Origin: Dehalococcoidia bacterium
Lineage (GTDB): Bacteria; Chloroflexota; Dehalococcoidia; Lucifugimonadales; UBA3495
Assembly (NCBI GenBank): GCA_965224325.1
Contig: CBDCYT010000008.1
Span: 5,455-69,454 of the forward strand
Reading direction: 5' to 3'
Length of the DNA: 64,000 nucleotides
Shown one piece after another: positions 53,962-63,146 of this stretch (position 1 is its first letter; every line of letters starts with the position of its first letter). The translations under genes and the position numbers were made by a program. The notes below the pieces were generated by a model, which had not been told where the DNA came from, ran no database searches, and saw only the letters and a program-made list of their open reading frames with translations.

Positions 53962-56121
53962 TCAGGACCGGGTTGGAGCGGGAAAGCTGGAGCGGTCTCT
54001 GGTGACAGAGGTTATCCCGCGAACTCCCTCCAGCTTGGCGAACAGCTTGCCCAACTGCTCCAAGCCGGTGGTGTGAAGAGTTAGTTCGATGGTCACGGTC
54101 CCGTCTTCCAACTCCTGGGTGACGACCGAGGCGATGTTAACGTGCTCTTCCGAGACCGCGACAGTTATGTCTCGCAGCAATCCCACCCGGTCATAGGCTT
54201 TCATCTTGACCCGCACGGGATACAGTTGCCGCTCCACGCCCCAGTCGACGTTTACGATGCGCTCCTGCTCGTCTTCGTTTCGAAGGCTGTGACAATCCTT
54301 CTTGTGAACGGTAACCCCGCGGGTCCGGGTGATGAATCCCAGAATCTCATCTCCCGGAATAGGGTTGCAGCACCTGCCCACGCGGACCAATAGGTCGCCT
54401 ACGCCCAAGACAGAGATGCCCGAGCTGGGACTGGAAAGGGGCACGTTGGGTTTGGGGCGCTGCACCTCCGGCTCGGTCCCCTGGCGGGCCTGAGCTAGAC
54501 GATGCGACACCTGGCTTTCGGTGATGATTCCTGACCCTAAATTGGCCAACAGCTCGTCAATGCTGTCGTATTTACAAATGGCCACGACCTCATCGTCATC
54601 CAGGTGTTGACTGAGGCGCCGCAGTTCCCGGCGCAACAATTCCCGGCCCCGCTGGATGTTGGTGCCTCGTGCTTGGCGGCGGAACCACTGGCGGACTTTC
54701 TGCCTGGCACTGGCCGAGACCACGTAACCCCGGTTGGGGTTGAGCCAATCCAAGCTGGGGCCGCGCTCAGCCTTGGAGGCCACGACCTCTACGGTATCCC
54801 CGTTCTCCAATACGGTGTCCAGGGACACCAACCGGCCGTTTACTTTGGCGCCCATGCACCTGTGTCCCAACTCGGTGTGTATCTTGTAGGCGAAATCCAC
54901 AGGCGTCGAGCCCGCGGTGAGTTCCGCAATGTCCCCCTTGGGAGTGTAGACAAACACCTGGTCTTGGAAAATGTCTTGCCGAACTGACTCGATAAACTCA
55001 TCGGTGGCGGTCACTTCACGCTGCCACTCCAGCAGCTGCCGCATCCAAGTCATCTTCTCTTCAAAGCGTGGGTCGCTGGAGTTTCCTTCTTTGTAACGCC
55101 AGTGAGCCGCCACGCCGTATTCAGAGATTTGGTGCAACTCGTAAGTCTTGATCTGCACTTCCAAGGGGTTGCCGCCCTCGCAAATTACGGTGGTGTGCAA
55201 AGCCTGATACAAGTTGTCTTTTGGCGTGGCGATATAGTCGTCGAACTGGCCGGGAATGGGGTGCCACAGCTGGTGGGCCACTCCCAGGATCTTGTAACAA
55301 TCTTCCTTGGTGTCCACCAGCACCCGAAGAGCGTACAGGTCGTATATGTCCTGCAACTCTTTGCCCTCGGCCGCGTACTTCTGCATTTTTCTATAGGTGC
55401 TGTATATGCCTTTGGGCCGCCCCACCACTTCCCCACGGACTTTGAACAGTTCCATCTCTTTCCGCAGGGTAGCGGCGATGTGCTCTACGTAAGCTTCCCG
55501 CTCTGTCCTCTTGGAGGCTAGCATCTTGGAGATTTCCCGGTACTTGGGCTCATCCAGGTAGCGAAAGGCCAGGTCGTCCAACCGCCACTTGATTTCCCAG
55601 ATGCCGAGCCGGTGGGCTAAGGGAGAATATATGTCCAGGGTCTCTTGGGCAATTCTCTTGCGTTTATCCGGAGGCAGGGCTTCAAGGGTCCGCATATTGT
55701 GCAGGCGGTCGGCCAGCTTGATGAGCACCACCCGAATATCTTCCGCCATTGAAACCAGCATTTTACGCAGGCTTTCGGCATAGAGGCTATCTTCGTCGTT
55801 GTAATGGTCGGGGCCGGGGCTGTGGGAGCTGTGGAGACGGTCGTCCAAACGAGTGAGCTTGGTAACCCCGTCAACCAGCTTGGCGGTCTCAGCGCCGAAC
55901 CGGTCTTCGACCTGGCCTAGAGTCACGCCGCAATCTTCTATTACGTCGTGGAGCAAAGCGGCGATGATGGTGTGAGCGTCGAGGTGGAGATCCGCCAGGA
56001 AAAGCGCGGTTTCCAGGGGGTGTGCAATGTAGGGCTCGCCCGATTTTCGGAGCTGCCCGCTGTGGCATTCGTTCGCGAAGACGTACGCCTGCCCGATCAA
56101 CTCTGTCGCATCATCGGACAA
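53962..56121 (-). CDS. rel: Bifunctional (p)ppGpp synthetase/hydrolase (RelA/SpoT homolog)
   Basis: The 719-aa ORF has an HD hydrolase domain (HPLETALFL...LLHDVIED). The synthetase domain (YRALHTTV..., EVQIKTYELH), TGS (VFVYTPKGDI) and a C-terminal ACT-like domain follow. Confidence 0.93.
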   Translation of the reverse strand: MSDDATELIGQAYVFANECHSGQLRKSGEPYIAHPLETALFLADLHLDAHTIIAALLHDVIEDCGVTLGQVEDRFGAETAKLVDGVTKLTRLDDRLHSSHSPGPDHYNDEDSLYAESLRKMLVSMAEDIRVVLIKLADRLHNMRTLEALPPDKRKRIAQETLDIYSPLAHRLGIWEIKWRLDDLAFRYLDEPKYREISKMLASKRTEREAYVEHIAATLRKEMELFKVRGEVVGRPKGIYSTYRKMQKYAAEGKELQDIYDLYALRVLVDTKEDCYKILGVAHQLWHPIPGQFDDYIATPKDNLYQALHTTVICEGGNPLEVQIKTYELHQISEYGVAAHWRYKEGNSSDPRFEEKMTWMRQLLEWQREVTATDEFIESVRQDIFQDQVFVYTPKGDIAELTAGSTPVDFAYKIHTELGHRCMGAKVNGRLVSLDTVLENGDTVEVVASKAERGPSLDWLNPNRGYVVSASARQKVRQWFRRQARGTNIQRGRELLRRELRRLSQHLDDDEVVAICKYDSIDELLANLGSGIITESQVSHRLAQARQGTEPEVQRPKPNVPLSSPSSGISVLGVGDLLVRVGRCCNPIPGDEILGFITRTRGVTVHKKDCHSLRNEDEQERIVNVDWGVERQLYPVRVKMKAYDRVGLLRDITVAVSEEHVNIASVVTQELEDGTVTIELTLHTTGLEQLGKLFAKLEGVRGITSVTRDRSSFPAPTRS

Positions 56122-56432
56122 GTAGCCGCAAACCCGGTCTATTAATACTGTTGCGTTGTCCGCCGCTACCCCACGTTTGTTGCCTTGGTCAGCATTGATG
56201 ATAATATGGGTAACGTCCTAAAACGGATAAGACCAATACTTTGTCGCATTCTAACTCTTTTAGCAACAAAAAACCACCAAACCACCAATCGATAAATCGC
56301 ATACCGGACCCAGGTTCCAAAAATTGCGTGTCCGGTGTCTTTCCCGGAGGTCCTGGACCCGGACGTCCCGGTTCTTTTGCTTGCTCTCCAGTTCAGCTAC
56401 CGGCCGGATGATGCCGGGGAAGGGGTAATAGT

Positions 56433-57470
56433 ATGGCCACTCAAGCGACGAAATACCTCATGTACGTCTCACTACAGGATGACGATAAGGTGTCAATATT
56501 TCGTGTGGATGCCGTGTCCGGCGAAATCGACCACCAAGAGGACGCCGCGATCGCGGGTGGCCCTGCGCCTTTGGCCGTGGACCCCGGGCGAAAATATCTC
56601 TACGTCGGACTCCGGGGGTCCCAAGAGATTTCCAGCTACAGCATAAACCAAAGCACCGGAGGGCTCTCTTTCACCGGCGCCGCTCCGCTGCAAGGTGAGC
56701 CGGTTTACTTGGCCACAGACAGAAGCGGCAAGTTTGCGCTTTCCGCCTACTATTACCAGAGCACCGCGGCGGTCCATGCCATAGACAGCAACGGTGTCGT
56801 CGTTGCTCCACCTGTGGAGTGGCTTTACACGGCCAGGGGGGCCCATGCCATCCAGACGGACCCGTCCAATAAATTCGTCTTTGTGCCCCACATCGCGGGC
56901 AGAGGCCCCAACGCTATTTTTCAGTTCAGGTTTGACGAGGACACCGGGCGTCTCACCCCCAACTCACCGCCCAGACACTCTCCACAAGACACGTTAGGCC
57001 CAAGGCACTTCTGCTTCCATCCCAAGGAACCCGTGGTTTACTTCTCCGACGAGCAGGGTTGCAGCGTAACCGCGTACCGGTTGGACCCATCGGCGGGAAC
57101 ATTAACTCCTTTCCAGACGATTTCGACTCTTCCAGATGGTTGTAATGAGCCCAACTCTTGTTCCCAGATCCAAATAACGCCTTCGGGCAAATTCTTGTAT
57201 GCTCCCAACCGCGGCCATAACAGCGTGGCATGCTTTACCATCGATCCATCCACCAGCCGGTTGACGGCGACGGGGCAAGTGCCCACGGAACCGGTCCCCA
57301 GGGCTTTCAGTTTGGACCCGGCCGGAAACTTCCTATTCGTCGCCGGCTTAGAATCGGGCCGCTTGGCTTCATATCGGGTCGATAGCGGCAACGGCCAGCT
57401 CTCGCCGATGGGGACCTGTGCGGTGGGTAACAAACCCATGTGGGTGCTGATTACCGAGTTGCCGGGGTAG
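56433..57470 (+). CDS. Lactonase-family 7-bladed beta-propeller protein (6-phosphogluconolactonase-like)
   Basis: The 345-aa ORF has a repeated propeller-blade pattern (YLYVGLRGSQEISSY, FALSAYYYQSTAAVHAI, FVFVPHIAGRG, VVYFSDEQGCSVTAY, FLYAPNRGHNSVACF, FLFVAGLESGRLASY). Confidence 0.75.
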   Translation: MATQATKYLMYVSLQDDDKVSIFRVDAVSGEIDHQEDAAIAGGPAPLAVDPGRKYLYVGLRGSQEISSYSINQSTGGLSFTGAAPLQGEPVYLATDRSGKFALSAYYYQSTAAVHAIDSNGVVVAPPVEWLYTARGAHAIQTDPSNKFVFVPHIAGRGPNAIFQFRFDEDTGRLTPNSPPRHSPQDTLGPRHFCFHPKEPVVYFSDEQGCSVTAYRLDPSAGTLTPFQTISTLPDGCNEPNSCSQIQITPSGKFLYAPNRGHNSVACFTIDPSTSRLTATGQVPTEPVPRAFSLDPAGNFLFVAGLESGRLASYRVDSGNGQLSPMGTCAVGNKPMWVLITELPG

Positions 57471-57584
57471 ACCACAATAGGCGCATGGACCGGTGTCGCC
57501 ACCGCCGACGCCTCTGGATAATGTCCCGCCCCGAGGCAGTGTTTGCGGGTCCAGCTCGGTCTGTTTAGCCTGTTTCTTTAATTC

Positions 57585-57950
57585 CGGTTGTTCAAGAAGG
57601 TAACTATTGCTTGATTCCTTTCGTTCAGTCATTGCCAATATGAGCCCGTCTCAGAAGTCTCCATTTGCGATTTTTGGGCGGACGCAATCTGACGAGTTAC
57701 TCTTGATTAACCGCCTAAACCAGTATTGAATGCGGCTCAGTAACCCGTCATTCCCGCGAAAGCGGGAATCCAGAAAGGTAGGATGCTGAGGGACTCAGCT
57801 TTATGAGACAAGCTCAAATATGCCAAGCCATCGGTTGTTCAAGAGGGCAGCCATTGCTTGATTCCTTTCATTCAGCCATTGCCAATATGACGAGGTGCCG
57901 GTTGTTCAAGAGGGCAGCCATTGCTTGATTCCTTTCGTTCAGCCATTGCC
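57585..57950 (+). repeat. Three tandem copies of a ~67-bp unit, the first interrupted by a MITE
   Basis: The unit is CGGTTGTTCAAGAGGGCAGCCATTGCTTGATTCCTTTC(A/G)TTCAGCCATTGCCAATATGACGAGGTG. It occurs at 57585..57640 (+57817..57831), 57832..57898 and 57899..~57950. The third copy contains the putative TTG start of the MFS gene. Confidence 0.8.
57641..57816. mobile_element. MITE family 2, copy A (176 bp, short-hairpin form)
   Basis: The imperfect TIR TGAGCCCGTCTCA (57641..57653) matches TGAGACAAGCTCA (57804..57816), 11 of 13 complementary. It is flanked by AATA on both sides and has an internal REP core. Confidence 0.75.
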
Positions 57951-59429
57951 AGCAGGCCAAGCTACAAGTATTGGGTGTTTGGCGCAATAGCCCTCGGCAC
58001 CTTCGGGTCCGTAGTCGATCACGGCAGCAGCTTGGTAGCCCTGCCCACCATTGTGGACCATTTCGGCACCGATATCCCCACAGTTCAATGGGTGGTGATT
58101 GCCTACACATTGACTATCACCGCTTTGCTTCTACCCATGGGCCGGTTGTCCGATCTGGTGGGGCGTAGAAAAGTGTACTTGTTCGGGACCCTGGTGTTCG
58201 TCCTTGGCGCCGGAATGAGCGGTTCTTCCGTAAGCCTTGAGATGTTGATCGGATCCCGGATCATCCAAGGCGTAGGGGCCGCCATGACCCAGGGCACCGG
58301 CATGGCGATTATCACTTCTGTCTTCCCCAGCAACCAGCGAGGCAAGGCGATTGGCTTTATCATGACAGTGGTAGGCGCGGGGGGAATAGCCGGACCGGCC
58401 ATCGGCGGCCTGTTGGTGCAGGGGTTCGACTGGCCCTACGTATTCTGGATTAACATCCCGTTGGGATTACTGGGGATAGCCGCCGTGCTGGTTATCCTCC
58501 AGGAAAAAGGCTTCGGCGAGGATTCCCGGCAACAGGGCAGCAAATTTGACTGGCCCGGCGCGGCACTGTCCAGTGGGGCGCTTCTCACTCTGCTTCTGGC
58601 CATGACCAACGGGTATAGGTCCGGTTGGACCTCCTTACCCATCCTGCTGGCCCTAGCGGGCTTTTTCGTCTTGATAACTTCCTTCATCTGGTGGGAGTCC
58701 CGCACACCCAACCCAATGCTGGACGTGAAGCTATTTGGAAGTAAAGCCTTCTCCCTTGGAGTATCCGCGTCGTTCCTCACCTTCCTGGGCAGTGCCTCGG
58801 TCTTATTCTTAATGCCTTTTTATCTGCAAGGGGTGATGGGACTCAGCCCCAGGTCAGCCGGGTTGATCGTAATGCCGGGCGCCCTGTGCCTCGCGTTCAT
58901 GGGTCCGGTTAGCGGCATGTTATCAGACCGGTTTGGCTGGCGCTGGTTCACGGTGGGCGGCTTGGCTAGTTCCGCCGCGGGTCTGTTTTTGTTGTCCAGG
59001 CTGACCACCGATTCAACCCTGATCGATGTGTTCCCGGCCCTGATCTTGACTAGCGGCGGCATGGGGGTCTTTTACTCAGCGAACTCCAGTTCAGTGTTGA
59101 GCGCCGTGGAAATGGAACGATATGGCGTCGTGTCTGCGCTTCTCAACCTAGTGCGAAATGGTGGAAACATCGTCAGCCTCGCCTTGGCTACAATCATCGT
59201 CACAACCACCATGGGGTCACTGGGGTTCGAGCCCAGCCTGGAAGTAGTGCGCGACTCCGTCCGGCCCGACGTAGGCCACGCCTTTTCCGCGGGCATGCGC
59301 AACGCCTTTCTGACCATGATGGGTCTATTGCTAATAGCGCTAGCCGTATCGGCGGTTAAGAGTGAGAGTGAAAAGGAAAGAGAAGCCGGACCAATCTTGC
59401 CATCTGGAGTTGAGCAGACCCCGGATTGA
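57921..59429 (+). CDS. MFS transporter, DHA2 (EmrB/QacA-like, 14-TMS) drug:H+ antiporter family
   Basis: The 502-aa ORF carries WVFGAIALGTFGSVVDHGSSLVALPTI and GRLSDLVGRRKVYLFG (motif A-like). About 14 hydrophobic segments are visible. The TTG start is uncertain. Confidence 0.85.
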   Translation: MLDSFRSAIASRPSYKYWVFGAIALGTFGSVVDHGSSLVALPTIVDHFGTDIPTVQWVVIAYTLTITALLLPMGRLSDLVGRRKVYLFGTLVFVLGAGMSGSSVSLEMLIGSRIIQGVGAAMTQGTGMAIITSVFPSNQRGKAIGFIMTVVGAGGIAGPAIGGLLVQGFDWPYVFWINIPLGLLGIAAVLVILQEKGFGEDSRQQGSKFDWPGAALSSGALLTLLLAMTNGYRSGWTSLPILLALAGFFVLITSFIWWESRTPNPMLDVKLFGSKAFSLGVSASFLTFLGSASVLFLMPFYLQGVMGLSPRSAGLIVMPGALCLAFMGPVSGMLSDRFGWRWFTVGGLASSAAGLFLLSRLTTDSTLIDVFPALILTSGGMGVFYSANSSSVLSAVEMERYGVVSALLNLVRNGGNIVSLALATIIVTTTMGSLGFEPSLEVVRDSVRPDVGHAFSAGMRNAFLTMMGLLLIALAVSAVKSESEKEREAGPILPSGVEQTPD

Positions 59430-59747
59430 CAAAATCGGGGATAACTGGGCAGCCTCGCCCTGCGCCGTTGGCCGGGCTCGGAATGATACCGCTTGATAAG
59501 TCGGGGACAACGAGAGGTTTTTGCGGCCGGGGCTAGCCCGGCGCAAGGGTCACCGGGGGATTACGCTGACAAGGGCTTCACGCTTTCATCCGCAGGCAAT
59601 TCCGCCTTTTAACGCGTTGATACGCCAACATTACTTAATAGCTCATAACCCGGCAGATTCCAGCCGTCGGCCGCAACAAATATCCCGGCTGGCCGGGTAT
59701 GAACGCCTCGCATGTGCTCGAACCCCCCGAAACTCACCATAGTTCAG

Positions 59748-59958
59748 GAGCTTGTCTCATAAAGCTGAGTCCTCCAGCATCCTACCCCTCTGGATTCCTG
59801 GTCCCCGATCGGGATCGGGGACCGGCTTCGCGGGAATGACAGGTTATGGAGCCGCATTCAATACTGGTTTAGGCGGTTAATAATAGTACCCCGTCAGGAG
59901 CAACCCGTCAGGTTGCGTACACCCAAAATCGTGAGTGGAGACCTCTGAGACGGGCTCA
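59748..59958. mobile_element. MITE family 2, copy B (211 bp, long-hairpin form), inverted relative to copy A
   Basis: Its reverse complement aligns with 57641..57816 apart from indels. It ends in TGAGACGGGCTCA (59946..59958) and starts GAGCTTGTCTCA (59748). Confidence 0.75.
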
Positions 59959-60059
59959 GTTTGGACGGCGGGTTTGCGTCGCGAGACCTGTTTGCTTCCT
60001 TCCGGATGGATGTGATACCGTACTTTATACAGCCTTGATCCACGCATTTGGAGAAAATC

Positions 60060-60560
60060 ATGAGTTATACGCCTAGTCACCTAGGACACGTGAATATATA
60101 CGTGCGGAATGCCGAAAAGGCACAAGAGTGGTATACGGAAGTGCTTGGGCTCCACACCTACGACTTAATGCCGGGCCGGGCTGCTTTCATGTCGGCTAAC
60201 AGGGACGAGTCCCATGAGGTGGCCCTCATGGAAGTCGGCGAGGACGCTATGGGCCCCTGCCAAGGCCAGGTGGGATTGAACCACATGGCTTGGCGCATGG
60301 GATCCCTGGAAGACTTGGAAGACTTCTACCATAGACTCGGAGAGAAAAACGTCCCCATCGGCAAGGTGTCGGACCACGGCATTTCGTTGGGAATATACCT
60401 CCAAGACCCCGATGGGAACGGCATAGAAGTGTATTACGAGTTGCCCAGGAGCGAGTGGCCCACTCAAGAGAAAATATTCTCCCAGGGAAGGCCGCAGGGT
60501 CACTTCCCCGGTCCTTGGGAAAAGGACTTGGCCCCCGACGCCGTCGCTAAAACTTCGTAA
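60060..60560 (+). CDS. VOC-family (glyoxalase/extradiol dioxygenase-like) protein
   Basis: It has LGHVNIYVRNAEKAQEWYTEVLGL, ...GLNHMAW... and GISLGIYLQDPDGNGIEVYYE. The likely start is MSYTPSH at 60060, although the ORF is open from 60048. Confidence 0.8.
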   Translation: MSYTPSHLGHVNIYVRNAEKAQEWYTEVLGLHTYDLMPGRAAFMSANRDESHEVALMEVGEDAMGPCQGQVGLNHMAWRMGSLEDLEDFYHRLGEKNVPIGKVSDHGISLGIYLQDPDGNGIEVYYELPRSEWPTQEKIFSQGRPQGHFPGPWEKDLAPDAVAKTS

Positions 60561-60582
60561 GTTTTTTGATCTGGCCGAAGGT

Positions 60583-60617
60583 TTGGGAGGCGCACCAAGC
60601 GCCTCCCAATTTATTTT
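60583..60617 (+). terminator. Rho-independent terminator downstream of the VOC gene
   Basis: The perfect 11-bp stem TTGGGAGGCGC / GCGCCTCCCAA has an ACCAA loop and is followed by TTTATTTT. Confidence 0.75.
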
Positions 60618-60770
60618 CACCCACACTCAGCTAGGCAAACGTCCTAGTTTCTCCAGTCTCTGCCCGCCGCATCACCAGTCAGCTATCATCGAAGCTGCAT
60701 CTCAGACCTATGCACGTCATGCAACCAGTCTACGCTGCGCTATGCCCAGACGCATTGCGTGCTCCGGACG

Positions 60771-62774
60771 CTAGCGGGAGCGGCTCTTGAGCCTGGTGGG
60801 GGTGTCGGCGATGAACCCGGAGAGGTTTAGGGCGGTGTGAATCAGGCCGATGTGGGAGTAGGCTTGGGGAAAGTTCCCCAATTGCCGCATAGAGACCGGG
60901 TCGAACATTTCTCCGAAGAGGCCCAGGTGGTTAGCCTGGTTTGTGATCATCTCGTGGAAGTAATCGAACCCGCGGTCGGTCTGGCCAGTGTATATAAGGT
61001 TTCCGATCAACCAGAAGCCCAGCAGGGTGAAAGCGCCCTCCTGCTGGCCTCCCAGCCCGTCGTCCGTTTCTTCCGGGAGATATCGCCAAACCAGCGACCC
61101 GTCGGTTAGCTCCCGCTCGATGGCGTCCAGGTTTTGGCGGACGCGGGGGTCCTGGCGCGGCACCAAACCCAGAAAGGGTATGATCAAGTTTGAGGCATCC
61201 AAAGCGTCGTGGCCATATCGCTGCCGGAAGGCCTGTTTGCCGGGAGTCCATCCTGAGTCTAGGATTTCGGACTTGATGCGGCGGGCAGTGCTGGACCAGC
61301 GGAGGGACAATTGCGGGTGTCCCATAGCGGTGGCAATGTAGGCCGCGCGGTCGAGGCCGGCCCAGCACATTGCCTTGGAATACACGAAGTGTTGCTGCTT
61401 GCCGCGTACTTCCCAAACGCCGCGGTCTTTTAACCGCCAATTAGCCATCACGGTTTCGGCCAGCTCCTGCACCAGTTTCCAGGCTTCCGGGGATATCTCC
61501 CCATGCAGCAGAAGCAGGGAATGGATGGAGATGATGACTTCTCCGAAAACGTCGAGTTGAAGGTGCCGAGCAGCGGCGTTGCCGATGCGGACGGGCCTGG
61601 ACCCCTCATACCCGCGCAGATGGTCGAGGGTGTGCTCCCGGAGCGATGAATTTGGGCTGACGCCGTAAAGGATGCGAGTTTTGTTGCGGCTTAAGTGGCA
61701 CTGTTCCAGCAGCCAGCGGGTGTACCGGTCGGCCCCGTAAACGTCCCCCAGACGATAGAGAATATCCACCGTGAAGCTGGAGTCCCGCAGCCAGGAGAAG
61801 CGGTAGTCCCAATTGCGCGAGCCTCCCAGGGTTTCCGGAAGGCTGGTCGTCGGTGAGGCGACGATGGCTCCGGAGTGCCGGTACATCATCAGGTGGAGCA
61901 CCAAGAAAGAACGCACAACGGCGTCTCGCCAGAGCCCGTTGTAGTTCATTCCGGCCACCAGGTTCCGCCAGTACTGCCTGGTATAGTCGAGTTTCTCGGC
62001 GGTGCGGCTCCCTTCCAGGGTGACCGGGCGGCCGTGACCGTATGCAAGCACGAAGGTCGCGGTCTGCCCTTGGGTGAGGGTGAAATTGCAGGTGACGCCG
62101 CGGTCGTAAAATGGAAGGGGAATGCTGGCCAGGAGAGTCAGGGTTTGACGGCCGCCGCGGGCTTGAACGCCCCCACCCCCGGAACGGCCGCGCAATGGGC
62201 TGAAGCTGGGCAGAGCTCGCCCATAGTCGTGTCTGGGTTGGAAATCGCAGCAAAGGTCAACCTCTCCGGAGAGGCAAGTGACGATACGGTGGATTTCGTG
62301 TAGGGAATTGGGCGGCGTCTCGGGATTGTCGTCGTCGTCGTGGGCGGCGGGCATAAAATCGGTGATGGAGACTACCCCGGCGCCAGTGTTGAAAGTGGTC
62401 TCGAGAATGTTGGTGTCGGGGAGGTACTCCTGCCAAGTCTCAATGCAGGGACCTACAGGACTGATGCGGAAGTGCCCGCCGGCCTCCGGGTCGAGGATGG
62501 CAGCGAAGACGCTGGGGGAGTCGAAGCGCGGAAAGCAACACCAATCCACGGAGCCGTCGGTGCCGACAAGCGCCGCTGAAGACATGTCTCCTATCAGTCC
62601 GTAACGGTACAAATATGGCCCGAATTGGAGTGTTTGGCAGGTTTGGGGTGAGTCTATCACCGGGGCGCGGCGGTATGCAACGAGGGAGCGACCTCTCCGG
62701 ATTGACAATGCTGCTACGCCCAGCGGCGTTGACCCCAGAACAGCTTGATCAGTTCCGCCGGATGGCCGGCGCAA
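60771..62774 (-). CDS. Glycoside hydrolase family 15 (glucoamylase/glucodextranase-like)
   Basis: It has YGLIGDMSSAALVGTDGSVDWCCFPRFDSPSVFAAILD (a typical GH15 N-terminus) and later WDYRFSWLRDSSFTV. The true start is probably downstream of 62774. Confidence 0.85.
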   Translation of the reverse strand: MRRPSGGTDQAVLGSTPLGVAALSIRRGRSLVAYRRAPVIDSPQTCQTLQFGPYLYRYGLIGDMSSAALVGTDGSVDWCCFPRFDSPSVFAAILDPEAGGHFRISPVGPCIETWQEYLPDTNILETTFNTGAGVVSITDFMPAAHDDDDNPETPPNSLHEIHRIVTCLSGEVDLCCDFQPRHDYGRALPSFSPLRGRSGGGGVQARGGRQTLTLLASIPLPFYDRGVTCNFTLTQGQTATFVLAYGHGRPVTLEGSRTAEKLDYTRQYWRNLVAGMNYNGLWRDAVVRSFLVLHLMMYRHSGAIVASPTTSLPETLGGSRNWDYRFSWLRDSSFTVDILYRLGDVYGADRYTRWLLEQCHLSRNKTRILYGVSPNSSLREHTLDHLRGYEGSRPVRIGNAAARHLQLDVFGEVIISIHSLLLLHGEISPEAWKLVQELAETVMANWRLKDRGVWEVRGKQQHFVYSKAMCWAGLDRAAYIATAMGHPQLSLRWSSTARRIKSEILDSGWTPGKQAFRQRYGHDALDASNLIIPFLGLVPRQDPRVRQNLDAIERELTDGSLVWRYLPEETDDGLGGQQEGAFTLLGFWLIGNLIYTGQTDRGFDYFHEMITNQANHLGLFGEMFDPVSMRQLGNFPQAYSHIGLIHTALNLSGFIADTPTRLKSRSR

Positions 62775-63146
62775 GCGTCAGGGAATGGGCCAGGCAAACG
62801 CTTCGGGCCTTACCCAGAGAGTAGCGGTACCTCCCGATCTCCCATCAACTTCGGCACGATTCCCTGCTGGACGTCCTTGGCTTTTGCAGGGGTCTGGCAA
62901 AGCGGTTTGCGCAATAGCGAGGGAGCTCTCCCAATCCGCCTGCCTGGAAAAATAGTAAACGCAGAACCCGGGGAATCGGTCAAGGTGAATCCTCCGGTCC
63001 GGAGGGTCCTCACTATTGGCCAGCTGACCCGGTCAATCTTGGGACGCCGGCAATAATATACTGATGCCAAACACCATCGCGGAGCCCACCAAACTCTTGC
63101 CCGAGCGGTCAGGAGACCCATTATGACGCTTCAACAAGCCGAAGCA

